A DNA stretch of 36,260 bases from a virus (Duplodnaviria; Caudoviricetes): the IMG/VR virus record IMGVR_UViG_3300050161_000057, positions 1-36,260 of that record; one strand, given 5' to 3'. The position numbers and the translations under genes were made by a program. Positions 16,567-25,452 of this stretch are shown here, in pieces. The notes below the pieces were generated by a model, which saw only the letters and a list, made by a program, of their open reading frames with translations, did not search any database and was not told where the DNA came from. Positions within the stretch are counted from its first letter, which is position 1. Each line of letters starts with the position of its first letter.

Positions 16567-18062
16567 TGGAATTATTTGACAACGGTGCGGAAAGAGCTAT
16601 ATTAGCTGGATTATATCAATACGGAGCAGAAGCTTTCGTTGAGGTATCTGATGTGCTAGAAGAATCTTCTTTTGGTTCTATTCAGAACGCTGTTGTTTAT
16701 AGATGCCTAAAGTTCATCATTAATCAGGGCATGTCTGTAGATTTGCCCTCTATTCTGTCAGCAGCAGAACAACTAAAGCTGACTGATGCGATAACAACAG
16801 ATCAGAACATTCAGTATTTGAAATCGCTCTCATCCCTAAAGGTTAATAAGGACAACATATTTAACTTTGCCCTACAGATAAAGAAATATGAGTTCGCTAG
16901 AAACATTAAGGAAGTTGCCGGTAAGATATCTCAAGACGTAGATAAGATCACTGGTACAGAAAGTATAGATGAAATCATTGCCCTCATGGAAAACCCTTTA
17001 ACGGAATTCCTAAAGCAAGACACACAGGATGAAAGACCGATTAGAATCGGTGAAGATATCTTTGAGTATCTAGACTATCTAGAAGCTAATCAATGTGATA
17101 TCATGGGTATTCCAACTGGTTTCCCTAGATATGACAAAGGTATTGGGGGCGGTCTTAGAAGAAAGTGTGTTGACTTGATTGCCGCTAGACCAAAAACTGG
17201 TAAGTCTGTTTGTGCTGATGCTGTTGCTGTTAATGTCGCTAGAAAGGGTATTCCCGTTCTAATGATTGACACAGAAATGTGCAAGGAAGATCACTCACAT
17301 AGAATTCTAGCTAGTATGTGCGGTATCGAAATCAATCAGATTGCTACTGGTAAATTCTCTAATGATCCAGATAAGAAGGCTTCTGTTAGAGAAGCTGCCG
17401 CAGAATACAAGACTTTGCCCTATGACTACATTAACGTATCAGGCAAACCTTTCAATTCAATCCTTAATCACATCAAAAGATGGGTTACTCACACTGTAGG
17501 TAAGGACGAAAATGGGAATACAAAAGACTGTGTAATTATTTTTGACTATCTAAAGCTTATGTCTTCCGAGGGCGTGAATGCAAGTATGCAGGAATACCAA
17601 TTGCTTGGGTTCCAGATTACGGCACTTCACAATCTATGTGTTAAGCTTGACGTAGCTTGTCTGGCTTTTGTTCAATTGAATAGAGACGGTATTACCAAAG
17701 AAAGTACAGACGCCGTTAGCGGTTCTGACAGACTTATTTGGTTGTGTACATCATTCACTATCTTTAAGCAAAAGTCGGAAGAAGAAATAGCGGAAGATGG
17801 TGTCAGAGCAGGAAACAGGAAGTTTGTAATCCTTGCTTCTAGACACGGTGGAGGCTTAGATGGGGGAGATTACATCAACCTACAAATGACGGGAGATATA
17901 TCTAAACTTGAAGAGTTAAAGACCAGAAACGAGTTTAAGATGATGCCAGAACAAGACACTGGACTCATATCCAAAGAGAGTCTAGATAACTACGAAGACG
18001 ACGCTCCATTCGAGACCGAGGAAGATGCTAAACCTAAAAGATCTAAAAAGCAAACTAAATGA
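16566..18062 (+). CDS. dnaB: Replicative DNA helicase, DnaB family
   Basis: AERAILAG N-domain, GIPTGF, AARPKTGKS, DTEM, FDYLKLM and QLNR. TAATG overlap at the start. Confidence 0.95.
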   Translation: MELFDNGAERAILAGLYQYGAEAFVEVSDVLEESSFGSIQNAVVYRCLKFIINQGMSVDLPSILSAAEQLKLTDAITTDQNIQYLKSLSSLKVNKDNIFNFALQIKKYEFARNIKEVAGKISQDVDKITGTESIDEIIALMENPLTEFLKQDTQDERPIRIGEDIFEYLDYLEANQCDIMGIPTGFPRYDKGIGGGLRRKCVDLIAARPKTGKSVCADAVAVNVARKGIPVLMIDTEMCKEDHSHRILASMCGIEINQIATGKFSNDPDKKASVREAAAEYKTLPYDYINVSGKPFNSILNHIKRWVTHTVGKDENGNTKDCVIIFDYLKLMSSEGVNASMQEYQLLGFQITALHNLCVKLDVACLAFVQLNRDGITKESTDAVSGSDRLIWLCTSFTIFKQKSEEEIAEDGVRAGNRKFVILASRHGGGLDGGDYINLQMTGDISKLEELKTRNEFKMMPEQDTGLISKESLDNYEDDAPFETEEDAKPKRSKKQTK

Positions 18063-19059
18063 TGATCTCGATAACGTTCTTGAAATACTTAAGATAGATA
18101 CGGCAAGCTTGAACGCCCACAAGTTTTCCTTCTGTCCAGTCCATGATGAAAGCGACAATCCTAAAGCTTTCTCTATGAGTGCTAGAAGTAAAAGATGGAA
18201 ATGTTGGACAAGAGGTTGTCACGAAGAATACGGCGATGATATCTTTGGTTTGATTAAGGGAATTATCTCTAAGAGAGAATCAAAGAACGCAACTTTCACT
18301 GATGTTCTATCATGGATTAGGATGAATATTCCTCAATTCATGGATAGTGCCCTCAAGAAAGATGAAAACGCCGTTGTTGTAGTTACTGATCCGCTTCAAG
18401 AAGTAATCAATAAGTTCTATAAGGAAAATGTCAGAAGAGTTTCAGACTTCGAGAGTCCAGGCTTTCAAAGTAGTGTACCCTCATTATACTTTATGAACGA
18501 GAGACACTTCAAAAAAGAAACAATGGTTGAATTTGGTATCGGAGATTCGCAAGAAACTTCTGCTCTTATGAGAAACAGAGCTATAATACCAATACACAAC
18601 GACGATGGATCGTCGATAGTTGGTCATATTTGTAGGGCGAATAAAGATTACATAGAGCCAAAGTTCTATATTGAGAAGAATTTCAATAAGAATGAGTGGT
18701 TTTATAACTTCCATAGGGCGAAAGTAGTAGCTGAACAGAAGTCAGCAATGTTTCTTGTAGAAGGACAGGGAGACGTTTGGAGACTGTGGGAAGCTGGCGT
18801 TAAGAATGCTGTGGGCTTATTCGGAAAGGAAGTCTTTGACTCTCATATAGATAAACTTAATGCAATTGGTGTTACTACATTAGTGATACTTCTAGACCAT
18901 GACCAACCAGGAAGAGAAGCTAAGACAAAAATCAAGAGAAAGTTGGATAGATATTTCAAATTGTTCTTTCCTGAACTAAAGACAAGGAAAGATATAGGGG
19001 CGATGTCGCCGGAAGCTATCCATAAAGACATACTAATTAAGTTGAAGGGTTTATACTAA
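18025..19059 (+). CDS. dnaG: DNA primase, DnaG type
   Basis: Zn finger CPVH...WKCWTRGC and TOPRIM motifs LVEGQGD, DHDQPG and KD. Confidence 0.92.
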   Translation: MLNLKDLKSKLNDDLDNVLEILKIDTASLNAHKFSFCPVHDESDNPKAFSMSARSKRWKCWTRGCHEEYGDDIFGLIKGIISKRESKNATFTDVLSWIRMNIPQFMDSALKKDENAVVVVTDPLQEVINKFYKENVRRVSDFESPGFQSSVPSLYFMNERHFKKETMVEFGIGDSQETSALMRNRAIIPIHNDDGSSIVGHICRANKDYIEPKFYIEKNFNKNEWFYNFHRAKVVAEQKSAMFLVEGQGDVWRLWEAGVKNAVGLFGKEVFDSHIDKLNAIGVTTLVILLDHDQPGREAKTKIKRKLDRYFKLFFPELKTRKDIGAMSPEAIHKDILIKLKGLY

Positions 19060-19889
19060 TGAACATTATCGGAATTTCTGGAAAGAAGAGAAGCGGAAAG
19101 AATACAGTAGCCAACTTCCTAAACGGATTGGTTATGAAGAAGAATGGTCTTATCTCTGATTTCAGAATGACAGACTTAGGAGAGTTAGAAATCCTAACTC
19201 AGTTTCAGGACGGAAGTACAGACTGGGGTATTCTAGACCTATACAGAAAAGACGAAGCTTTTGTTAAGTCAGTACAGGATATGTTATGGCCCTTTGTTAA
19301 GAACTATAGCTTTGCAGATGCCCTTAAGGCAACAGCAATAGATCTATTTGAACTAGATCCAAGTTCTGTATACGGCTCAGAAGAAGAAAGAGCCGCCCCT
19401 ACTCATCTAATGTGGGAAGATATGCCTGGGATTGCTCCTACTGATGAAATGTGTTGGGCATCTATCTTAGGCAAGGATTATAAAGACAAAGATGTGAATA
19501 GGATAATAAGAGGTCTTGATCTTACAATGCACCAATCTGGCCCAATGTCTGGTAGAGATTTTATGCAGTTTTGGGGAACAGACGTTGCCAGAAAGATGTA
19601 TCCAAAGGTTTGGGTTAACAATACCCTAAAAACTATTCTTAGAGAAGGTAGTGAACTCGCCCTAATTACAGATGTTAGATTCCCAGACGAAGTTGAAGCT
19701 ATTAAGAAAGCTGGTGGTCTATGTATTAGACTTGATAAAGTAACTAATGAAGACAAACACGCCAGCGAAATTGCCCTTGATCCCTCTGTATACGATTGGA
19801 AGAATTTTGACTATGTAGTACATAATCAAGACCAAACGCTTAGTGAGACTATGCTCACAGTAGAGAAACTATTAACCGGAGTTGTTTAA
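19059..19889 (+). CDS. Deoxynucleoside monophosphate kinase (phage dNMP kinase type)
   Basis: GISGKKRSGKNT, SFADALK, RDFMQFWGTDV, ITDVRFPDE and HASE. Confidence 0.88.
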   Translation: MNIIGISGKKRSGKNTVANFLNGLVMKKNGLISDFRMTDLGELEILTQFQDGSTDWGILDLYRKDEAFVKSVQDMLWPFVKNYSFADALKATAIDLFELDPSSVYGSEEERAAPTHLMWEDMPGIAPTDEMCWASILGKDYKDKDVNRIIRGLDLTMHQSGPMSGRDFMQFWGTDVARKMYPKVWVNNTLKTILREGSELALITDVRFPDEVEAIKKAGGLCIRLDKVTNEDKHASEIALDPSVYDWKNFDYVVHNQDQTLSETMLTVEKLLTGVV

Positions 19890-20941
19890 TGAGTATTTTA
19901 GTCCCATATATTAGAAGTTCTTCATACGGAAACTGGGACTTTTGCCAATTGCAATACTACCAAGTCTATGTCTTAGGGCATCAGAATAAAACAAACCTAA
20001 AAGCGGAATTAGGAACATCAACACACAAGGTTATGGAAGTACTTGGATGCTGTAAAAAGGCTATTCAAGACGGTGGTGATCTTGTTATTGAAGACGATGC
20101 CCTTGGGGTTGTTGAGTTTACCAAAAAAAGTTTATACACAGATAAATTTGTTAATAGCTTAATTAGAAGAAGCTACGATCATTATAGATCTCGTTCAGTA
20201 AATGATTTTGATAAACCAAACTTTAGTGTTAAGGTAGATGGGAAAAACTACACAAATACATTTGAGTTTGTAACTAAGATGGTAAATCTTGGTATAAAGG
20301 GTTGGAATGGAGTCTATGATCCAAGAATCAGAAATATTAGGGCGATGGAGCCACACTTCGATTTACCTATTGAGTTTGATTGGGCCAAGTTTGAATTTGT
20401 AGAGAACGGAATTACCCACAAGGGTCAGTTAGCTATCAAGGGCACTATCGATACAGTCACTAATCTAAATGATAATACCATTGAAGTTATTGACTGGAAG
20501 ACCGGAGAAAGAAAAGACTTTGCAAGCGGTGAAGTCAAAGACTATAAAAAGCTTTGTAAAGATCCGCAGTTGTTATTATACAATCACGCTATATCTAGAC
20601 TTTATCCAGACATTCCTAATAGAATTATGACTATCAACTTCTTAAGGGATGGTGGTCCCTTCTCGATGTGTTTTGAAGAAGATGACGACGAAAGATTCTT
20701 AGGGATGTTGAAAACTAGATTCCAAACTATTACTAAGAATACGTTACCAAGACCAGTCTCACAAGACAGAAGTAGTTGGAAATGTAAGTATCTTTGTAAG
20801 TTTAGTGAAGTTGATGAAGCTACCGGAAAGATTAGATGTAAGCATGTAGAAGAGACCATTAAGACGTATGGAATCACAGTAGCCACGGAAAAGCTTAGAA
20901 AGCCAGGATTCAACCCAGGATTTTACTCGGCTCCAGGCTAA
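19889..20941 (+). CDS. PD-(D/E)XK exonuclease, Cas4/AddB-like
   Basis: N-terminal Cys (FCQLQY), GTID...IDWKTG, QLLLY and C-terminal CKYLC...C, consistent with 1+3 Fe-S ligands. Confidence 0.85.
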   Translation: MSILVPYIRSSSYGNWDFCQLQYYQVYVLGHQNKTNLKAELGTSTHKVMEVLGCCKKAIQDGGDLVIEDDALGVVEFTKKSLYTDKFVNSLIRRSYDHYRSRSVNDFDKPNFSVKVDGKNYTNTFEFVTKMVNLGIKGWNGVYDPRIRNIRAMEPHFDLPIEFDWAKFEFVENGITHKGQLAIKGTIDTVTNLNDNTIEVIDWKTGERKDFASGEVKDYKKLCKDPQLLLYNHAISRLYPDIPNRIMTINFLRDGGPFSMCFEEDDDERFLGMLKTRFQTITKNTLPRPVSQDRSSWKCKYLCKFSEVDEATGKIRCKHVEETIKTYGITVATEKLRKPGFNPGFYSAPG

Positions 20942-20945
20942 ATCA

Positions 20946-20954
20946 CGCTATAAC
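20946..20954 (+). promoter_or_regulatory. Putative promoter CGCTATAAC
   Basis: Lies in the only sizeable intergenic gap of the replication block and resembles the 10410 motif. Confidence 0.4.
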
Positions 20955-20989
20955 AAGCTACAGACAAAAAACGAAAGGATTAAGGGAAA

Positions 20990-22606
20990 ATGTTCGCTCC
21001 GCTATTAAATTTTACTCACTATAGTATTCAATATGGATTCTCTAAGCCTAGTCAGTTAGTGGCTAAGTGTGTAGAGAACGGATATACGGCCTGTGGTATA
21101 GCAGATAGGGAATCTATCACTGGTGCTGTAGAGTTCTTTCAAAAATGTAAAGCCGCTAAGATAAAGCCCATTATTGGTTGTTCCTTTAATGGGTTTACTT
21201 TGTTTGTTAAGAACAAGGCTGGTTGGTCTAACTTAATCAACATCATATCTACAAATTCCTTTACAAAGCTTAATTGCAAGAAAGAGAATCTTCTATGTTT
21301 AGCAGACCAGCAAAGTCTGATTCATCCATCTGTAATTGAACACTTTGGGGATGATATTCTAGTAAACGATGGTTCTATCAAAGAATATTTCTATACAACT
21401 ACGCTTGACGTAGACGTTCACAGAATCTCTCTAGCCTCTGGACTTAAATTCAGTTTAAATGACGCGAAATATGCTCCAGAGACCTCAAGGTTCTTTAAGA
21501 GTAAAGAATTCGAGGTTCCAGACAAGGATAAAGCCGTTGGTTCTGACTTGATTAAACTTATTGTGGATTCTTGTGAAGAATACAATATTCTATCTAATCC
21601 AGTTCTGCCTAAGTTTCCAACACCTAATGGTGAAACAGAAGAAGAATATCTTAGACACCTATGTAGTGTTGGTTGGGAAAATAAGCTTGAAAAGAAGGGT
21701 AAGCTTACTAAAGCAGAGAAAAGAAAACAATACGAAGACCAATACGAGACAGAGTTCGCCGTATTTAAGAAAGCTACTCTATTCGGGTACTTCCTAATCG
21801 TTGCGGATATTCTTGACTTTATTAAGAAGAGTGGTTGGTTAGCTGGTCCTGGTAGAGGGTCGGCTGCTGGTTGTTTGATTTCTTATCTGATTAATATCAC
21901 AAAGATTGATCCAATTCCTTTTGATCTACTCTTTGAGAGATTCTATAACGAAAGTAGAAATACAGAGGGTAACATTTCATTGCCTGACGTTGATATCGAC
22001 GTTCCATCCGACAAAAGAGAAGATGTTATTAGATATCTAGAATCTAAGTTTGGTAAGGCTCACGTTAGTCAGATGATAACTCTGATGAGATACATGGGAA
22101 GAAGTGCCGTTAAAGAAGTTTTTGGTATGAATAAGGTATGTGGTTTTGCTGAAATGAATGCTATATGTGAGCATATTCCAGACGAAGCCGCTATCTCTGA
22201 CGAACTAGAAAAGATGGATGAAGAAGATAGAAGTATCATCAGATGGGCACTTATAAATAATGCAGAAGAACTTAGACAATTCTGTCATATTAACTCAGAA
22301 GGTAAACTTGAGGGCGAATACGCTCCATACTTTGAGCAGGCTATTAGATTAGAAGGTACATTCAAGAGCGTTGGTAAACATCCTGCTGGAGTTGTTATTT
22401 CAGTAGAGCCACTAGCTAATGTTTGTCCTATCAATAAAGATGGTCTTGCCGCATTTGAAATGTCCGCATTGGAAGCTACTGGACAGTGTAAGATTGACGT
22501 TCTAGGTGTAGCTTTCTTATCTAAACTAATGTACGCACAAAACCTATCCAAAGCGAGGAAGAAGAGACATGAGAAAGAGACCTCTAATAGACTGGTTAAA
22601 GTCTAA
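20990..22606 (+). CDS. dnaE: DNA polymerase III alpha, N-terminal part (degenerate PHP, palm, thumb)
   Basis: KPIIG, GYFLIVAD, GPGRGSAAG, LLFERF, PDVDID, GKHPAGVVIS and KIDVLG. The ORF ends about 30 aa after the third catalytic Asp. Confidence 0.93.
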   Translation: MFAPLLNFTHYSIQYGFSKPSQLVAKCVENGYTACGIADRESITGAVEFFQKCKAAKIKPIIGCSFNGFTLFVKNKAGWSNLINIISTNSFTKLNCKKENLLCLADQQSLIHPSVIEHFGDDILVNDGSIKEYFYTTTLDVDVHRISLASGLKFSLNDAKYAPETSRFFKSKEFEVPDKDKAVGSDLIKLIVDSCEEYNILSNPVLPKFPTPNGETEEEYLRHLCSVGWENKLEKKGKLTKAEKRKQYEDQYETEFAVFKKATLFGYFLIVADILDFIKKSGWLAGPGRGSAAGCLISYLINITKIDPIPFDLLFERFYNESRNTEGNISLPDVDIDVPSDKREDVIRYLESKFGKAHVSQMITLMRYMGRSAVKEVFGMNKVCGFAEMNAICEHIPDEAAISDELEKMDEEDRSIIRWALINNAEELRQFCHINSEGKLEGEYAPYFEQAIRLEGTFKSVGKHPAGVVISVEPLANVCPINKDGLAAFEMSALEATGQCKIDVLGVAFLSKLMYAQNLSKARKKRHEKETSNRLVKV

Positions 22607-22751
22607 ACTAAAAAAGGAAGAAGAGAAACTTTTAGACCCAGAAGACAAGACAGTGCCGGTTGTCGAAGTTGAGAAACCAAAAGAATCTTGGCTAGAATGG
22701 CTTTACAGAAAGATTGATGAGTTTTTGAAGAAAAGGATATTTAGCAAATGA
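22569..22751 (+). CDS. Small basic hypothetical protein with two amphipathic helices
   Basis: 60 aa, fills the gap, and has an ATGA overlap with the next gene. Confidence 0.55.
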   Translation: MRKRPLIDWLKSKLKKEEEKLLDPEDKTVPVVEVEKPKESWLEWLYRKIDEFLKKRIFSK

Positions 22752-23149
22752 TACCAGTTAAACAAAGAATAATACACGATCCAACAACTGGTGCTGTTGG
22801 AGATTGCTGGATTGCTTGTATAGCTTCTCTTTTAGAGTATGACATTAATGATATTCCTCATTTTATGAGAGATTGTGAATGTCCTCTCACTGCTACTATA
22901 AAGTGGCTAGATAAAAGAGGATATGTATACACAGAGTTTCATGGCTCTGGGTTAAAAGATTATGCACAAATGAGTTATTGGGGATATCACATGATTGTTG
23001 GAACATCCCCTAGATTCTCCAGTGTCTATCATGCGGTTATTGGTTTGAATGGAGAACCAGTTTTTGATCCGCATCCAGATGGAACAATGATAGTAGGAGA
23101 ACTTGAGGATTGGGATTTTATATTTATAGGGAAAAAACTTAATGGCTAA
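22748..23149 (+). CDS. Small papain-fold (C39-like) protein
   Basis: Q...GDCWIACIASLL, HAVI and VFDP give a Cys-His-Asp order like C39 peptidases. Confidence 0.6.
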   Translation: MIPVKQRIIHDPTTGAVGDCWIACIASLLEYDINDIPHFMRDCECPLTATIKWLDKRGYVYTEFHGSGLKDYAQMSYWGYHMIVGTSPRFSSVYHAVIGLNGEPVFDPHPDGTMIVGELEDWDFIFIGKKLNG

Positions 23150-23822
23150 TAAAGACTTTATTGTATTCGACTTTGAAACAGGCGGAAGAAATCCTAACAC
23201 ATGTCAACCTACACAGTTGGCGGCAGTTGTTATTGATGGTAGAAACCTGAAATTGAAGGATACGTTCAACAGCGAAATCTTCGCCGTAACAGATGATGAA
23301 GAAGCAAAAGCTCTAGGACTCGCTCCACTTGAGGAAGAAGCCCTAAAGATCACTGGTAAGACCAGAGAAGGTATTGCTAAGGCACCAGCCCTCAAGTCTG
23401 TGTTCCCTAAATTCTGTGACTTTGTGAACAAATACAACTGGAACAAGACAACATTCTTTGCCCCAATTCCTTGTGGATACAATATCATTAACTACGATAT
23501 GCTTATCCTAAACAGAATCTGTAAAGATTTAAACATGTTCTATGACGAAGCAAGAGGATGCCAAAAGCTATTCCACCAAATCAATAAGATTGATATGATG
23601 GATAACATGTTCATTTGGACAGAGAGCGACCCTAATGTGAAGTCCATTAGTATGGATAACGTTAGAAAGAGAATGGGTATGTCAAGTGAAAATGCCCACG
23701 ATGCTTTACAGGACGTAAAAGACATTGCGAACATTATGATTAAGTTCATCTTGACACATAGAAAAGTTTACCAGAAAATGGAGATTGATAACGCTTTCGC
23801 GAACGGTCAATTATATGTTTGA
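23142..23822 (+). CDS. dnaQ: DEDDh 3'-5' exonuclease, Pol III epsilon-like
   Basis: VFDFETGG (ExoI), GYNIINYD (ExoII) and AHDALQD (ExoIII). Confidence 0.9.
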   Translation: MANKDFIVFDFETGGRNPNTCQPTQLAAVVIDGRNLKLKDTFNSEIFAVTDDEEAKALGLAPLEEEALKITGKTREGIAKAPALKSVFPKFCDFVNKYNWNKTTFFAPIPCGYNIINYDMLILNRICKDLNMFYDEARGCQKLFHQINKIDMMDNMFIWTESDPNVKSISMDNVRKRMGMSSENAHDALQDVKDIANIMIKFILTHRKVYQKMEIDNAFANGQLYV

Positions 23823-25452
23823 TATTTGTAGCAGAACTGATTATCTAAAAGTAGCCGATATAGACTGGGACAACGTAGATCTAGAAGACCCAGAAGTTTG
23901 GCAATTGTTTCACGAAGGTAAGACCAAGGGCATTTTCCAGTTGGAAAGTAATCTTGGTAGAAACTGGTCGAAGAAACTTAAGCCAGACAATATTGAAGAA
24001 CTGTCTGCCCTTGTAGCTATTCTTAGACCAGGGGCACTTAAGGCTATCGTTGAAGACGAAGAAGGCAAGAAGAAATCTATTACTCAGAGATATGTTGATA
24101 GAAAACATGGACTTGAGAAGGTTACTTATATCCATGAGTCTTGTAGGGACATTCTACAACCAACACAGGGTCTAATGCTCTATCAGGAACAGACGATGAA
24201 GATTGCTACTGTTATCGCCGGTTTTTCCGGCGTTGAAGCTGATAAGTTGAGAAAGGCTATTGGTAAAAAGAAAGCTGACTTGATGGCAGAGATTAGAAAG
24301 TGGTTCATTGACGGATGTAAGAAAACTGGTATTGTAGATGCTGAAAAGGCTAATGAAATCTACGATATTATCGAAAAGTCCGCTAGATATCAGTTTAATA
24401 AGTCTCACTCTGTAAGTTATGCCCTAAACGCATACTGGACAGCGTATACTAAGAGATATGCTACCAACGACTTCTTTGTATCATACTTGGAGTTCTCTAC
24501 CGAAAAGCCTAAACCTCACGAAGAAGTAGCACAACTAGTTTCTGAATCTAAGTTGTTTGACTTCAAGGTTAAGACTCCTAAGATTGCCGCCTATAACGAT
24601 ACGTTCTTTTCTCCTGACTTTAGTGATACTATCTACTTCGGAGTTAAGAATGTCAAATCTCTTACTGGGACAAACGGCGACAAAACTCTTAAGGTTCTAG
24701 CTGATACGAGTACAGAACTACAGAAGAACTATAGTGACTTCTCATGGATGGAAATACTGCTTAAGCTATCGCCTAATATCAATTCAACGAACTTTAAGAC
24801 TTTAGCTTCTGTTGGATTCTTTAGGGGAATTAAGGATAAGATCACTAGAAACAAAGCACTTTATGATTATGAGTCTTTCAGAAATTTGACAGATGCCGAA
24901 CTAAAGTGGGTTCTTGCTAACTATAATACAAGGAAGTGGGAAACATTGGTAGATTGCTTGAATGATGCGGCTGTTCTTAAGAAGAACGGTGGTGCTACAA
25001 GCAAAGAATCTAGAAAACAAGTTCTACTAGATGAAGTTAAGCTACTACAGTATCCAGCTTATTCTATGGATGATGATCCAGATTGGATTATCGATCAAGA
25101 AATAAAGTTCATTGGTTGCCCTATCTCGTTATCAAAGATCAGTTCTGCCGATTCTCTTGGTGCTAATACCACATGTAGAGAAATCATAGATGGAAAAGAG
25201 GGCGACAATCTAAGAATTGCTGCCAACATCAGCAGAATCCATGACTTTGTAATAAAGAAAGAGGGCGAAAACAAGGGCAAAGTTATGTCATTCTTAACAA
25301 TAGAAGACGAAACATGCTCTTTTGACGGAACTGTTATTTTCCCTGATCGCAGAGAAGAAAACAAGTACAGCCTTTTTGTAGGCAACAACGTATTGATTTA
25401 CGGTGATTGCAAGAAGGGTTCATTAATAATCAACAAGATGATGGAAATATGA
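23815..25452 (+). CDS. dnaE: DNA polymerase III alpha, C-terminal part (fingers, HhH-like region, OB fold)
   Basis: LEDPEVW, GIFQLES, AILRPG, LYQEQ, ADKLRKAIGKK, YQFNKSHSVSY and MSFLTIEDET. ATG 23815 overlaps the exonuclease stop. Confidence 0.93.
   Translation: MFDICSRTDYLKVADIDWDNVDLEDPEVWQLFHEGKTKGIFQLESNLGRNWSKKLKPDNIEELSALVAILRPGALKAIVEDEEGKKKSITQRYVDRKHGLEKVTYIHESCRDILQPTQGLMLYQEQTMKIATVIAGFSGVEADKLRKAIGKKKADLMAEIRKWFIDGCKKTGIVDAEKANEIYDIIEKSARYQFNKSHSVSYALNAYWTAYTKRYATNDFFVSYLEFSTEKPKPHEEVAQLVSESKLFDFKVKTPKIAAYNDTFFSPDFSDTIYFGVKNVKSLTGTNGDKTLKVLADTSTELQKNYSDFSWMEILLKLSPNINSTNFKTLASVGFFRGIKDKITRNKALYDYESFRNLTDAELKWVLANYNTRKWETLVDCLNDAAVLKKNGGATSKESRKQVLLDEVKLLQYPAYSMDDDPDWIIDQEIKFIGCPISLSKISSADSLGANTTCREIIDGKEGDNLRIAANISRIHDFVIKKEGENKGKVMSFLTIEDETCSFDGTVIFPDRREENKYSLFVGNNVLIYGDCKKGSLIINKMMEI

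Noticed and set aside
19889-20941. Cas4 as part of a CRISPR-Cas system
   Set aside because: No array or other cas genes. Stand-alone Cas4-like nucleases are common in phage replication blocks.
22500-23900. Split intein or group I intron joining the dnaE halves
   Set aside because: No intein terminal motifs or room for an intein domain, and the gap is filled by ORFs with no non-coding space for a ribozyme core.
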